Below, in pieces: positions 9,675-18,479 of a stretch of DNA of 64,000 nucleotides (positions are counted from its first letter, which is position 1; each line of letters starts with the position of its first letter). This DNA comes from Gemmatimonas sp. (lineage in GTDB: Bacteria; Gemmatimonadota; Gemmatimonadetes; Gemmatimonadales; Gemmatimonadaceae). The DNA is taken from positions 32,001 to 96,000 of the forward strand of contig JANNVQ010000038.1 in assembly GCA_031414535.1 (NCBI GenBank). Direction: 5' to 3'. The position numbers and the translations under genes were made by a program. The notes below the pieces were generated by a model that did no database searches, was not told the DNA's origin, and saw only the letters and a program-made list of their open reading frames with translations.

Positions 9675-10151
9675 ATGACTCTCGATCCCGCCACGTACCG
9701 TTCCACGCTCGGACGCTTTGCGTCTGGCATCACCATCATCACTGCCCGCGACGCCGAAGGTCGCGACGTGGGGATGACGGTCAGCGCGTTCTCCTCGCTC
9801 TCGCTCACGCCGCCGCTGGTCCTGATCTGCATTGACAACGCGGCCTCCGTTGCGCCGGTGCTGGAACACTGCGAGACCTTCGCCGTCAACATCCTCGCGG
9901 ACGATCAGGAAGAACTGTCGCGCCGTTTCGCCAAGCGGGAGTTGAATCGCTTTGAGGGAGTGCCCATCGCGCGCGGCGAGTTGGGAGTGGCCTTGCTCGA
10001 TGGCGCGCTTGCCAACCTCGAATGCCGCGTGAGTGCCCGTCAGCCCGGCGGCGACCACACCATCCTGATCGGCGAAGTGAAGGCGGCCAACCTGCGCGAG
10101 GGGCATCCCCTGCTCTACTACCGTGGTGGCTACGGACGGCTCGAACGCTAA
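9675..10151 (+). CDS. Flavin reductase family protein (HpaC/RutF-like)
   Basis: GRFASGITII, SLSLTPPLV, GGDHTILIGEV and PLLYYRGGY motifs. Confidence 0.93.
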   Translation: MTLDPATYRSTLGRFASGITIITARDAEGRDVGMTVSAFSSLSLTPPLVLICIDNAASVAPVLEHCETFAVNILADDQEELSRRFAKRELNRFEGVPIARGELGVALLDGALANLECRVSARQPGGDHTILIGEVKAANLREGHPLLYYRGGYGRLER

Positions 10152-10160
10152 GTTTGTGGA

Positions 10161-10829
10161 ATGACCCTCGAGTTTGAACGCGAAGACGCGGTCCAGAAAC
10201 TCTGCGCGGCCTACGCGCGGGACCACATCACGACTGGCGAACTTGAGTCGCGGTTGGAGCGCGTGTACAAGGCATCCGACCAAGCGCAGCTGACCACCCT
10301 GCTCGAAGGTCTACCTGCCGTGCAACTGCAGCGGCTGGGTGACGCACAGGTGGTCGCACCAAGCCTCCCGCCCCGCACACCATTGCCCCCTTTGCCGGCC
10401 GCAACGCTGCGCCGTCATGGCCCTGGTGCCCCCGGTGAGAAGCGCTACGCCGCGTTCATGAGTGAGATTCGCAAGGAAGGCGCGTGGTCGCCGAGCCCAG
10501 TAATTCTCGCCAAAACCATCATGGGCAGTGTCTTGCTCGATTTCCGGGAGGCGCACATTCCGGCAGAGGGCATCGAGATCTATGCCGACGTCTTCATGGG
10601 CGACCTCAAGATCATTCTGCCACCCGGACTGCCGGCCGAGGTGGATTGCTCCACCTTCATGGGCTCCGTCAACGACAAGTCCAAGGCTGGAGTGTCGGGT
10701 GCGCCGTTGGTTCGCGTCGGGGGCTCCACCTTTATGGGCGGCATCAGCGTCGTAACCAAGGCGCCACGTCGAGAAGGTGAAAGCGCGTTTCGCGCGCAGA
10801 TGCGAAGCTGGCTCGGCAGCGGAGAATAA
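10161..10829 (+). CDS. DUF1707 (SHOCT-like) plus LiaF/DUF2154-like domain protein
   Basis: EREDAVQKLCAAYARDHIT..ELESRL N-domain; MGSVLLDFREA...MGGISV beta-repeat C-domain. Confidence 0.82.
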   Translation: MTLEFEREDAVQKLCAAYARDHITTGELESRLERVYKASDQAQLTTLLEGLPAVQLQRLGDAQVVAPSLPPRTPLPPLPAATLRRHGPGAPGEKRYAAFMSEIRKEGAWSPSPVILAKTIMGSVLLDFREAHIPAEGIEIYADVFMGDLKIILPPGLPAEVDCSTFMGSVNDKSKAGVSGAPLVRVGGSTFMGGISVVTKAPRREGESAFRAQMRSWLGSGE

Positions 10830-10833
10830 ACTG

Positions 10834-10866
10834 AAGCGGGGCCGGTCAACCTGACCGGCCCCGCTT
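10834..10866. terminator. Hairpin, probable bidirectional terminator
   Basis: Perfect 15-bp stem AAGCGGGGCCGGTCA/TGACCGGCCCCGCTT between convergent genes. Confidence 0.8.
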
Positions 10867-10889
10867 GGCTTTCTGCGTCACCACCGAAC

Positions 10890-11432
10890 TTAGGGTCCTT
10901 GGGAGAGGTACTGCTCAGAGTAGCGCACAATGCTCTCGTCAACGATTCGCATGGCCTCGTCACTCTTGCCCCAGCCGATGATCTCAACGCGCTTACCCTC
11001 TAGGTCCTTGTAGATCGCGAAAAAGTGCTCAATCTCCCGTAGGTAATGGTGGGGGAGATCTGCGATGTCGAAGTACTCGTCGTGCATTGGGTCATCCACG
11101 GGCACCGCGAGAATCTTGTCGTCGGGCTCGCCCTTGTCGAGCATCTTCAGCACACCAACGGGACGGACGTCAATCAAGCATCCCGTGAAGGTGGGCTCCT
11201 TGATCATCACGAGAACGTCGAGCGGATCGTTGTCCTCGTGCAGGGTGCGTGGAATGAGTCCGTAATCGCCGGGATAGTGCACCGCCGAATACAAGACGCG
11301 ATCGAGGCGAAAGAGTCCGGATTCTTTATCGAGTTCGTACTTGTTGCGCGATCCGCGCGGGATCTCAATGACCGCGGTAACGACCTCAGGCGCGGAGCGG
11401 CCGGGGGGGAGATCCTTCCAGGGATGAATCAC
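10890..11432 (-). CDS. ppa: Inorganic pyrophosphatase, family I
   Basis: EIPRGSRNKYELDK, YPGDYG, DNDPLDVLV and DDKILAV motifs. Confidence 0.96.
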   Translation of the reverse strand: MIHPWKDLPPGRSAPEVVTAVIEIPRGSRNKYELDKESGLFRLDRVLYSAVHYPGDYGLIPRTLHEDNDPLDVLVMIKEPTFTGCLIDVRPVGVLKMLDKGEPDDKILAVPVDDPMHDEYFDIADLPHHYLREIEHFFAIYKDLEGKRVEIIGWGKSDEAMRIVDESIVRYSEQYLSQGP

Positions 11433-11563
11433 GAGCCACGCTCGGCGGCGGCGCGCTTGCGGGCCACGGTATTACGTCGCACGCGGATGGAAATCCCGTA
11501 CACGACGAAGAGTCCAATGATGGCGCCGTAGGCCACCTGGAAGTAGATCGCGTTGTCGGGCAT
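11429..11563 (-). CDS. ccmD: Heme exporter protein CcmD (44 aa, absent from the ORF track)
   Basis: MPDNAIYFQVAYGAIIGLFVVYGISIRVRRNTVARKRAAAERGS: single TM with AYG and basic tail; start overlaps ccmC stop, stop overlaps ppa start. Confidence 0.8.
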   Translation of the reverse strand: MPDNAIYFQVAYGAIIGLFVVYGISIRVRRNTVARKRAAAERGS

Positions 11564-12261
11564 TAGCGCTCCGCAGTGGAAAGGTCGTGCAGCGCATCAC
11601 GCTCAGCCGCCAGTGCCATGCGCTGACGCACAAGAGCCAAGTACAGCACGGTGAACGCGCCTAGCGAGAGGAAGAGCGTCTTGATCATCACCGCCGGCAT
11701 CTGGATGCCCGCCGTGTTGGCCACGATGGGCGTAGGATGCTGTGTGCGAAACAGGTACACACTCAAGTGAATGAACGGAATGAGTAGCGCGCCAAGAATG
11801 CCGACCACGGCGGAGTAGCGCGCGCGCGCTTCGGGATCATCCACCGCCGACCGCAACACTAGGTAGCCGAGGTAGAGGAACCAGAGGAAGAGCGTCAGGG
11901 TGAGCCGCGCATCCCACACCCACCAGGCGCCCCAAATCGGCCTACCCCAGAGCGGACCCGAGACGAGTACGCCGGTGGTGAAGATTACGCCGACCTCCGC
12001 CGAGGACTCGGCAAAGCGGTCAAGACGCGCATCCTTGATGAACAACCAGACGCCGCCGGCGATGGCGGTGAGACCAAAGGCGAGAAAGGCCACCCAGGCC
12101 GACGGGAGATGCACATAGAAAATCTTCTGCGCCAATCCCTGCAGGCGCTCAGCCGGCGTGAACCAAATGGCACGCGTGAGCGCGGTGGCCATGAGGAGCA
12201 CCGCCGCGAGCATCAGCCAATCAATACCGCGCGTGCGCGCGGATGAAACAGTAGCGGTCAC
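11563..12261 (-). CDS. ccmC: Heme exporter/cytochrome c biogenesis protein CcmC
   Basis: WWD motif WGRPIWGAWWVWDARLT; conserved His in FYVHLP and RTQHP. Confidence 0.95.
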   Translation of the reverse strand: MTATVSSARTRGIDWLMLAAVLLMATALTRAIWFTPAERLQGLAQKIFYVHLPSAWVAFLAFGLTAIAGGVWLFIKDARLDRFAESSAEVGVIFTTGVLVSGPLWGRPIWGAWWVWDARLTLTLFLWFLYLGYLVLRSAVDDPEARARYSAVVGILGALLIPFIHLSVYLFRTQHPTPIVANTAGIQMPAVMIKTLFLSLGAFTVLYLALVRQRMALAAERDALHDLSTAER

Positions 12262-12264
12262 AGG

Positions 12265-12960
12265 TCAGTCTTCAAGCGTGAAGGGGAACGCCAAGGTACA
12301 GGCATACACAAAGACGAGGTCAAACGCGAGCAGGATACGAATCCAGCCCAAGGATTCGTCGAGCGGGCGCCCGGCGAGCAACTTGGCCGTCACCTGCGCG
12401 GCCGGCAGCACGATGGGCACGAAAAACGGTAGCGCGAGCACTGGCAAGAGCAGTTCCGCCATTCGCGTGTTGGACGTGATGCCGGCGAACAGGGTCCCGA
12501 CGCAGGTCAGGCCGATGGCCGCGAGCACCATCACGAGCGCGAGCGGCCCTATGATCGAGCTGAAAGGCAGATTGTAGAACAGCGAGACTGCGGGCAACGC
12601 TACGAGTTGAACGCCGATGACGAACACGAGGTTCGCCATTGCCTTGCCCAAAAAGATCGCCTCCCGTGAGATGGGCGCCACGAGCAGCGCATCCATGGCG
12701 CGCTCTGCGGCTTCCACGCCGAAGGAGCGATGGAGGCCGAGGAGTCCCGAGTAGGTGAAGGTCACCCAGAGAATGCCCGGTGCCACATCCACCGCCGCAA
12801 CGGCGGTCGGATCCCACGCAAAGTAGAAGATGACGAGGGAGAGCAGCGAGAGCACCATCGCGGAGAGAAACGCAGAGCGGGTGCGGAACTCGATGGCGAG
12901 GTCCTTCTGCGCAACAATCAAGGCGGAGGCGAACATGCCCGGCGGCGTGGCACGACTCAC
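12265..12960 (-). CDS. ccmB: Heme exporter permease CcmB
   Basis: KDLAIEFRT, APGILWV and ELLLPVLALPFFVPIV; lies between ccmA and ccmC. Confidence 0.93.
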   Translation of the reverse strand: MSRATPPGMFASALIVAQKDLAIEFRTRSAFLSAMVLSLLSLVIFYFAWDPTAVAAVDVAPGILWVTFTYSGLLGLHRSFGVEAAERAMDALLVAPISREAIFLGKAMANLVFVIGVQLVALPAVSLFYNLPFSSIIGPLALVMVLAAIGLTCVGTLFAGITSNTRMAELLLPVLALPFFVPIVLPAAQVTAKLLAGRPLDESLGWIRILLAFDLVFVYACTLAFPFTLED

Positions 12961-13655
12961 GAAAACAGCTCCCGGTACTCGGCGGCGTAGCGTGTGAGGT
13001 CGAGCTCACGCGTGGGCTCGTGACGGAGAAAGCGACCGGCTCGCATCACGGCAGCCTGCGAAGCCACGGCGAGGCCCTCACTGAGCTGGTGCGTGACGAC
13101 CACGAGCGCGGCGCCAGCGGCGCGACGCTCGAGGAGCAAGCCGGTGAGGGCCGCGCTGCCTTGTTCATCAAGACCGGTATACGGCTCGTCGGCGAGGAGC
13201 ACGTCGGGCTGGTGCACGATGGCACGGGCAATCGCAACGCGCTGCTGCAGGCCGCGCGAGAGCGCCCGCACGGGCACGTCGGAGCGGTCCGCGACGCGCA
13301 GTGCCTCGAGTGCCCGCTGGGTGGCGGCATCCAGGTCGGCGATGCCGTGCAACTGCGCGGCGAAGCGCACGTTTTCGCGAGCACTGAGCGCGTCGTAGAG
13401 CATCGTGCGGTGCGATATGAGTCCCACGCGGGCGCGAGCGGAGACAGCGGGCAACGCATCGCCGCCGATTCTCGCGACTCCGCCGGCGGGCTTGAGCAGG
13501 CCAGCGAGCAGCCTCAGCAGCGTGGTCTTGCCGGCACCGTTGGGCCCGAAGAGGGCGAGCGCGTCACCAGCCGCCACCGTGAACGAGACGTCATCCACAG
13601 CTCGACGCGTGCCGAAGCTGCGCACGAGGCCCGTAGCTTCGAGAAGCGCGGTCAC
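12957..13655 (-). CDS. ccmA: Heme ABC exporter ATPase CcmA
   Basis: Walker A GPNGAGKT, LSRGLQQR, ADEPYTGLD; coupled to ccmB. Confidence 0.92.
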   Translation of the reverse strand: MTALLEATGLVRSFGTRRAVDDVSFTVAAGDALALFGPNGAGKTTLLRLLAGLLKPAGGVARIGGDALPAVSARARVGLISHRTMLYDALSARENVRFAAQLHGIADLDAATQRALEALRVADRSDVPVRALSRGLQQRVAIARAIVHQPDVLLADEPYTGLDEQGSAALTGLLLERRAAGAALVVVTHQLSEGLAVASQAAVMRAGRFLRHEPTRELDLTRYAAEYRELFS

Positions 13656-13700
13656 GACCTGAGGACTCTGGGGGGCTGCATCCTCAGAAAACTACCAACG

Positions 13701-13726
13701 GAGGCGCCGTCGCGGGACGGTGCCTT
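13701..13726 (-). terminator. Hairpin immediately after the STAS stop (possible terminator/attenuator)
   Basis: 11-bp imperfect stem GAGGCGCCGTC/GACGGTGCCTT; weak U tract on the minus strand. Confidence 0.45.
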
Positions 13727-14074
13727 TTAGTTGCTCGGTCGTGAGTCCGAACGATCGATGTCGAATAGCGCGCCCATATGCGTCTCCGTGAGGAGCCGCT
13801 GCACGAGGGAGGGCACCGAGAGGAGTCGCGTGCGAAGCCCACGTTCACGCGCGCGCTTCTGGAGGAGAATGAGGACGCCGAGTCCCGAGGCATCGAGCTC
13901 GACGACACCGGAAAGATCGAGATTCACCGAACTCTCACCGGCGGCCGAGGCCGACTCGAGGGCGTTGAGCACGTCTTGACGGAATTCAAGGCGGTAGTCC
14001 GCCGTGAGACGCGCGGGGCAAACGAGGGGAGTCATTGGATCGCCAGGGATATACAGGTAAGGCAGCGCGGTCAT
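13727..14074 (-). CDS. STAS-domain (anti-anti-sigma-like) protein
   Basis: VNLDLSGVVELDASGLGVLILLQKRARERG motif; ATG 14074 has GGAGG upstream (alternative start 14035). Confidence 0.85.
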   Translation of the reverse strand: MTALPYLYIPGDPMTPLVCPARLTADYRLEFRQDVLNALESASAAGESSVNLDLSGVVELDASGLGVLILLQKRARERGLRTRLLSVPSLVQRLLTETHMGALFDIDRSDSRPSN

Positions 14075-14155
14075 GCGACCTCCGAGAGGAAGCCCCTCCC
14101 CACAGCGACCCAGAACTGCTCCTGCTGCCCGATGGGCACCTGGCCCATCCCTCTT

Positions 14156-14240
14156 CACTTCGGCAACCGGACGATCTCGGTAATCCGAGATTCCTGGCTT
14201 TGCGTCCCCGCCTCGCAGCGAGTTTGCTCTTGTCGGTGTG
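14156..14240 (-). ncRNA. GEMM-I (cyclic di-GMP-I class) riboswitch, A20 variant; predicted c-AMP-GMP responsive
   Basis: Minus strand CACACCGACAAGAGCAAACUCGCU-GCGA-GGCGGGGACGCAAAGCCAGGAAUCUCGG-AUUA-CCGAGAUCGUCCGGUUGCCGAAGUG: GCAAA, GNRA-capped P2, GACGCAAAGCC junction, P3, UGCCGAA. Confidence 0.9.
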
Positions 14241-14268
14241 GCGAATTGCTTTGCACTGCTAAAGTATG

Positions 14269-14283
14269 GCGAGATGCGTGCCA
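14269..14283 (-). promoter_or_regulatory. Sigma54 (-24/-12) promoter
   Basis: TGGCACG-CATC-TCGC vs consensus TGGCACG-N4-TTGC, with exact GG/GC spacing; predicted start about 17 nt before the riboswitch. Confidence 0.65.
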
Positions 14284-14298
14284 AGTTATGGCGCGACG

Positions 14299-14311
14299 TA
14301 ACCCGTTGTTG
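14299..14311 (-). promoter_or_regulatory. Possible IHF-binding site
   Basis: CAACAA-CGGG-TTA vs WATCAA-N4-TTR, in an AT-rich patch just upstream of the -24 box. Confidence 0.35.
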
Positions 14312-14430
14312 TTGAGCAGTTTAAGTCATTATCACAACGTGATTTTAGGGAAAAGAGGCGCGGCCTGCGGCGGTAGTGGCGCAATGCGCGTCGCTGTCTG
14401 GTTTCTATTCGCCTTTCCGGTTTAAACGGC

Positions 14431-14563
14431 ATTCACCACGGAGGCACGGAGGCACAGAGGGTGCACGGAGCTTCTTTTGGGGGTCTTGCACCGATGCTTT
14501 CTCTCTCAGCGGACGGCTATGGCTGCTCTCGCAGTCTCCGAGCCTCCGTGTCTCCGTGGTGAA
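14431..14563. repeat. REP/MITE-like palindromic element (family A, copy 2)
   Basis: TTCACCACGGAGGCACGGAGGCACAGAGG ... CTCCGAGCCTCCGTGTCTCCGTGGTGAA. Confidence 0.8.
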
Positions 14564-14648
14564 ACGCACTTCCGTCAGTTGATCAGCACTGCCTTGGCGA
14601 ATATGGTCACCACGCGCCAAACTGTCCTTCGTCGTTTAGGATGATGGG

Positions 14649-16613
14649 ATGAACGACATCCGCGATTTGCTCGTCGAGAACCGCTCATTCCCGCCGGCGC
14701 CCGAGTTCAGCGCCAAGGCCCATGTTCGCGACCGCTCGCTGCACGAGGCCGCTGAGCGCGATTACTTGGCGTATTGGGCCGACCAGGCCCGCACGCTCAA
14801 GTGGACGAAGCCATGGTCGAGCGTGCTCGAATGGAAGGCGCCGCACGCCAAGTGGTTTTTGGGCGGTCAACTGAACGTCAGTGAGAACTGCCTTGACCGG
14901 CATCTCGACTCGGCGCGCCGCAACAAGGCGGCTATCGTTTGGGAGGGAGAGCCTGGCGACCGTCGCACATTGACGTACTGGGAGCTGGCGCGTGAGGTGC
15001 GCACCTTCGCCAACGTGCTCAAGTCGCTCGGCGTGGAGAAGGGCGACCGCGTGGGCCTCTATTTACCGCTTGTACCGGAAGCAGCCATCGCGATGCTCGC
15101 CTGCGCGCGCATTGGCGCCATTCACTCCGTGGTGTTTGGTGGATTCTCCCCGGAGTCATTGCGCGACCGCATGAACGACGCCGAGGCCAAGGTGGTTATT
15201 ACGGCCGACGGCGGATATCGCCGCGGGCAGATTGTGCCCCTGAAGCGCAACACTGACAAGGCGCTCGAGGGATGCCCGACGGTGAAGCACGTGGTGGTAG
15301 TGCAGCGCCGTACCTCGGGACCGATCTCGGAAGCGCACGTGGACATGCAGGAAGGCCGCGACCACTGGTATCACCGCCTCATGCAGCACGCCAGCGATGT
15401 GTGCCCACCCGAGCCGATGGACGCCGAGGACGTGCTCTTCATCCTCTACACCTCTGGCACGACGGGAAAGCCCAAGGGCATCGTGCACAGCACCGGCGGC
15501 TACCTCACCGGCGTGGCGAGTTCTACGAAGCTCGTGTTCGACTTGAAGGAAGAAGACGTGTTCTGGTGCACCGCCGATGTGGGTTGGATTACCGGGCACA
15601 GCTATCTCGTGTACGGACCGCTCGCCAACGGCGCGACCTGCGTGATGTACGAAGGCGCGCCCGACTGGCCGGAGCGCGATCGCTTTTGGAGCATCATCGC
15701 TCGGCACGGCGTGACGATTCTGTACACGGCACCGACGGCTATCCGCGCCTTCATGAAGTGGGGCGTGGAGCATCCGCAGCGGCATAACCTCTCTTCGCTG
15801 CGCTTGTTAGGATCGGTGGGCGAGCCGATCAATCCCGAAGCGTGGATGTGGTATCAGGAGCACATCGGTGGTTTGCGCTGCCCCATCGTGGATACCTGGT
15901 GGCAGACGGAGACCGGCTCCATCGTGATTTCTCCACTGCCTGGCCTCACCGCCACCAAGCCTGGCTCGGCGACCACTGCCCTCCCCGGCTACTCCGCCAC
16001 GCTCCTCGACAACGAAGCCAAGGAACTCACGAGCGGCGGGGGATTGCTGGTCCTCACAAAGCCTTGGCCCTCAATGCTACGCACCATTTGGGGCGACGAT
16101 GCTCGCTACGTGGAGACCTACTTCTCCAAGTGGGCTGGGCGGCCCGACATCTACTTCGCCGGCGACGGCGCCAAACGCGATGCCGACGGGTTCTTCTGGC
16201 TCCTCGGCCGCGTGGATGACGTGCTCAATGTTGCAGGGCACCGCATTGGGACCATGGAAGTGGAATCCGCGCTCGTGGAGCACCCGGCGGTCGCCGAGGC
16301 GGCGGTGGTTGGCAAGACGCACGAACTGAAGGGTCAGGCCGTGGCGGCCTTCGTCACGCTACGGGACGGATTCCACAAGAGTTCGTCGCTGCGGGATGAA
16401 CTGCGGGAGTTCGTGGCGATGAAGATCGGCGCACTCGCGCGGCCGGACGACATTCTCTTTTCGGCGGATCTTCCCAAGACACGCTCGGGCAAGATCATGC
16501 GGCGCCTGTTGCGCGACATCGCTGAGGGACGGGCCCTCGGGGACACCACCACGCTGGCTGACCCCAGCGTGGTGGCATCGCTCAAATCACAGTACGAGGA
16601 TCAAGAAGGCTAG
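14649..16613 (+). CDS. acs: Acetyl-CoA synthetase (AMP-forming)
   Basis: [20 protein letters not shown] and [12 protein letters not shown] motifs. Confidence 0.97.
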   Translation: MNDIRDLLVENRSFPPAPEFSAKAHVRDRSLHEAAERDYLAYWADQARTLKWTKPWSSVLEWKAPHAKWFLGGQLNVSENCLDRHLDSARRNKAAIVWEGEPGDRRTLTYWELAREVRTFANVLKSLGVEKGDRVGLYLPLVPEAAIAMLACARIGAIHSVVFGGFSPESLRDRMNDAEAKVVITADGGYRRGQIVPLKRNTDKALEGCPTVKHVVVVQRRTSGPISEAHVDMQEGRDHWYHRLMQHASDVCPPEPMDAEDVLFILYTSGTTGKPKGIVHSTGGYLTGVASSTKLVFDLKEEDVFWCTADVGWITGHSYLVYGPLANGATCVMYEGAPDWPERDRFWSIIARHGVTILYTAPTAIRAFMKWGVEHPQRHNLSSLRLLGSVGEPINPEAWMWYQEHIGGLRCPIVDTWWQTETGSIVISPLPGLTATKPGSATTALPGYSATLLDNEAKELTSGGGLLVLTKPWPSMLRTIWGDDARYVETYFSKWAGRPDIYFAGDGAKRDADGFFWLLGRVDDVLNVAGHRIGTMEVESALVEHPAVAEAAVVGKTHELKGQAVAAFVTLRDGFHKSSSLRDELREFVAMKIGALARPDDILFSADLPKTRSGKIMRRLLRDIAEGRALGDTTTLADPSVVASLKSQYEDQEG

Positions 16614-16615
16614 GC

Positions 16616-17323
16616 TCAGTTCCGGACGGGTGCCGGAACCGCCGGGGTGGCGGCGGCTTTGGCCTCGTCCACGTACTTCTTGAAATTGTCGTAGGTGATG
16701 CTGCCTTCCACGAGCTGACCGCCAATGACAAACGACGGCGTGGAGCGCACCCTCAGACGCACCGCTTCGTCGCGGTTGGCCATGATCTGCGGCAGCATTC
16801 GCCCGGAGTCAAAGCAGTCGTTCCACTTGGCCATATCGAGTCCAATCTGTTTGACGTAGCCCTCGAGCACGCGCTTGGGGCTACGAGTGGCCTGCGAGTT
16901 CCAATCGAACTGGCCGGCGAAGATGAGATCATGCATTTCCCAGAACTTTCCCTGTTCGTTGGCACAATGTGCGGCATTGTGCGCCGGGATGGCGTTGGGA
17001 TGGATTTCGAGCGGAAGGTCAAAGAAGCGGATGGCGACTTCGCCGGTGGCGACGAGGCGTTGCATGACGTCGGGGCCGGTGACCGTGGCGAAGTTGCCGC
17101 AGGCCGGGCATTCGAAGTCCGCAAACTCCATGACCTGCACGGGCGCGTTGGGATTGCCCTTGAGGATACCGGCAGCCGCAACGCGCGGCAGCGTCGTGGG
17201 ATCGAGCGTGATGGCCTGACGGGGACGTGACATCACGTAGCCGAGCGTAGCGACGCCGACCACCGCAACGACGGCGACGATGGCAGTGAAGGGACTCTTG
17301 GAACTAGACGACTTTCGGGCCAC
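16616..17323 (-). CDS. DsbA/BdbD-family thiol-disulfide oxidoreductase, membrane anchored
   Basis: EFADFECPAC, QGKFWEMHD and STPSF; N-terminal TM. Confidence 0.9.
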   Translation of the reverse strand: MARKSSSSKSPFTAIVAVVAVVGVATLGYVMSRPRQAITLDPTTLPRVAAAGILKGNPNAPVQVMEFADFECPACGNFATVTGPDVMQRLVATGEVAIRFFDLPLEIHPNAIPAHNAAHCANEQGKFWEMHDLIFAGQFDWNSQATRSPKRVLEGYVKQIGLDMAKWNDCFDSGRMLPQIMANRDEAVRLRVRSTPSFVIGGQLVEGSITYDNFKKYVDEAKAAATPAVPAPVRN

Positions 17324-17466
17324 GGGATTTGCTCCGGGAGGGGCTTCAGAGGAGGGAGAACTCTGGGAAGGTATCTGGCTTGGTGGGGTATGAGAATGGC
17401 CAAGCTCCGATTAGCTTTCGGACGTGGGCGGAACCGACCGTCCACACGCAACTCACACGGGAAGAG

Positions 17467-17745
17467 ATGAGTAGACAGAAGAGTCGTAGCCGGCCCTCGG
17501 CTGCTGCGCCGTCAGCAATGGACGAAGCGCGTAACGAGCTGTTCCAGCACATCATGAGCTGCGGCGTCATTGGTTCGCAGCCTGAGCACCAGGTCGAGTG
17601 GTTTAACGAGACGATGAACTATTTCTCGGAACGCTACCACGAGCTGAGCAAGCAACAGATTGCAGACCTGCGGGTTCTCGGAGAGCGGTTCGCTGCGCCT
17701 CCGGTGAAGAAGTCGGCCTCGGCCGACGCGGTCAGCGCCGCCTGA
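17467..17745 (+). CDS. Hypothetical helical protein (92 aa)
   Basis: ATG 17467, protein-like composition, followed by a terminator hairpin. Confidence 0.7.
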   Translation: MSRQKSRSRPSAAAPSAMDEARNELFQHIMSCGVIGSQPEHQVEWFNETMNYFSERYHELSKQQIADLRVLGERFAAPPVKKSASADAVSAA

Positions 17746-17752
17746 AGCACCC

Positions 17753-17779
17753 GAAGCCCCGACCTCGCGTCGGGGCTTC
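17753..17779 (+). terminator. Probable terminator
   Basis: 11-bp stem GAAGCCCCGAC/GTCGGGGCTTC followed by TTGCGTT. Confidence 0.65.
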
Positions 17780-17804
17780 TTGCGTTCAGGCCTAGCCAGC
17801 TAGG

Positions 17805-18353
17805 TCAGCGGGACCCGTCGCCGCGACTCCGGCGCCAAGTTGCGCCTAGGCGGAGTCCACTGCCAATTCCGAGCTCGAGGGCCCAGACGCCGGCGCTTCT
17901 GCGGCGGCCTTCGATGCCGAGAATGAACAGCATCGCGGGATCGTCAGCACCGATGCCGGATCCGAGAAATCGTTGGCTTAGGCCCACGCCGCCGTAGATG
18001 CCTTTGCAGAGGGTGCCGACCTCCGGGCGACGGCAGCCCGGAGCCTCAAAAAATGGATCGAGGTGAAAGCGCACGGCGCCTTCGACTCGGGCCAGGCCGA
18101 CGGTGGCCGCGTCCCGACGTAGGGCGCCTCCGAGGACGGCCAGCGAAGCGCGAACGTACCAACCAGCGCGGATGTTGACGCCCGGCCCAAACTGGAACTC
18201 TGGGTCATCGCCCACAGGCAGGACGGCGCGCATCTCAAGGACTGGCGAGGGCGCCACGTAGCGCGGATCCGCGCGCGGATCTGCGCCGGGTGCGCGCTGC
18301 GCGGCCAGGGCTGGAGCCCAGATTAGAGCAAGGGCGATGAGGAGTACCTGCAT
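17805..18353 (-). CDS. Hypothetical secreted protein, possible small beta-barrel
   Basis: Signal peptide MQVLLIALALIWAPALAA; alternating beta-strand-like segments. Confidence 0.55.
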   Translation of the reverse strand: MQVLLIALALIWAPALAAQRAPGADPRADPRYVAPSPVLEMRAVLPVGDDPEFQFGPGVNIRAGWYVRASLAVLGGALRRDAATVGLARVEGAVRFHLDPFFEAPGCRRPEVGTLCKGIYGGVGLSQRFLGSGIGADDPAMLFILGIEGRRRSAGVWALELGIGSGLRLGATWRRSRGDGSR

Positions 18354-18479
18354 TCCGCAAAGCTAGCGGGGCAAGCGTATGCGACACCACAGCTTGCGAC
18401 GCCCGCCGCCTCTGGGGTAGCTTCGCTAAGTACCCTTCAGGATTCACTGGGTACCTTACTCGCACTACCAGAGGCTCCG

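Noticed and set aside
14376..14620. Short ORFs 14376-14582 (+) and 14405-14620 (-)
   Set aside because: They are translations of the family A palindromic element; no evidence of coding function
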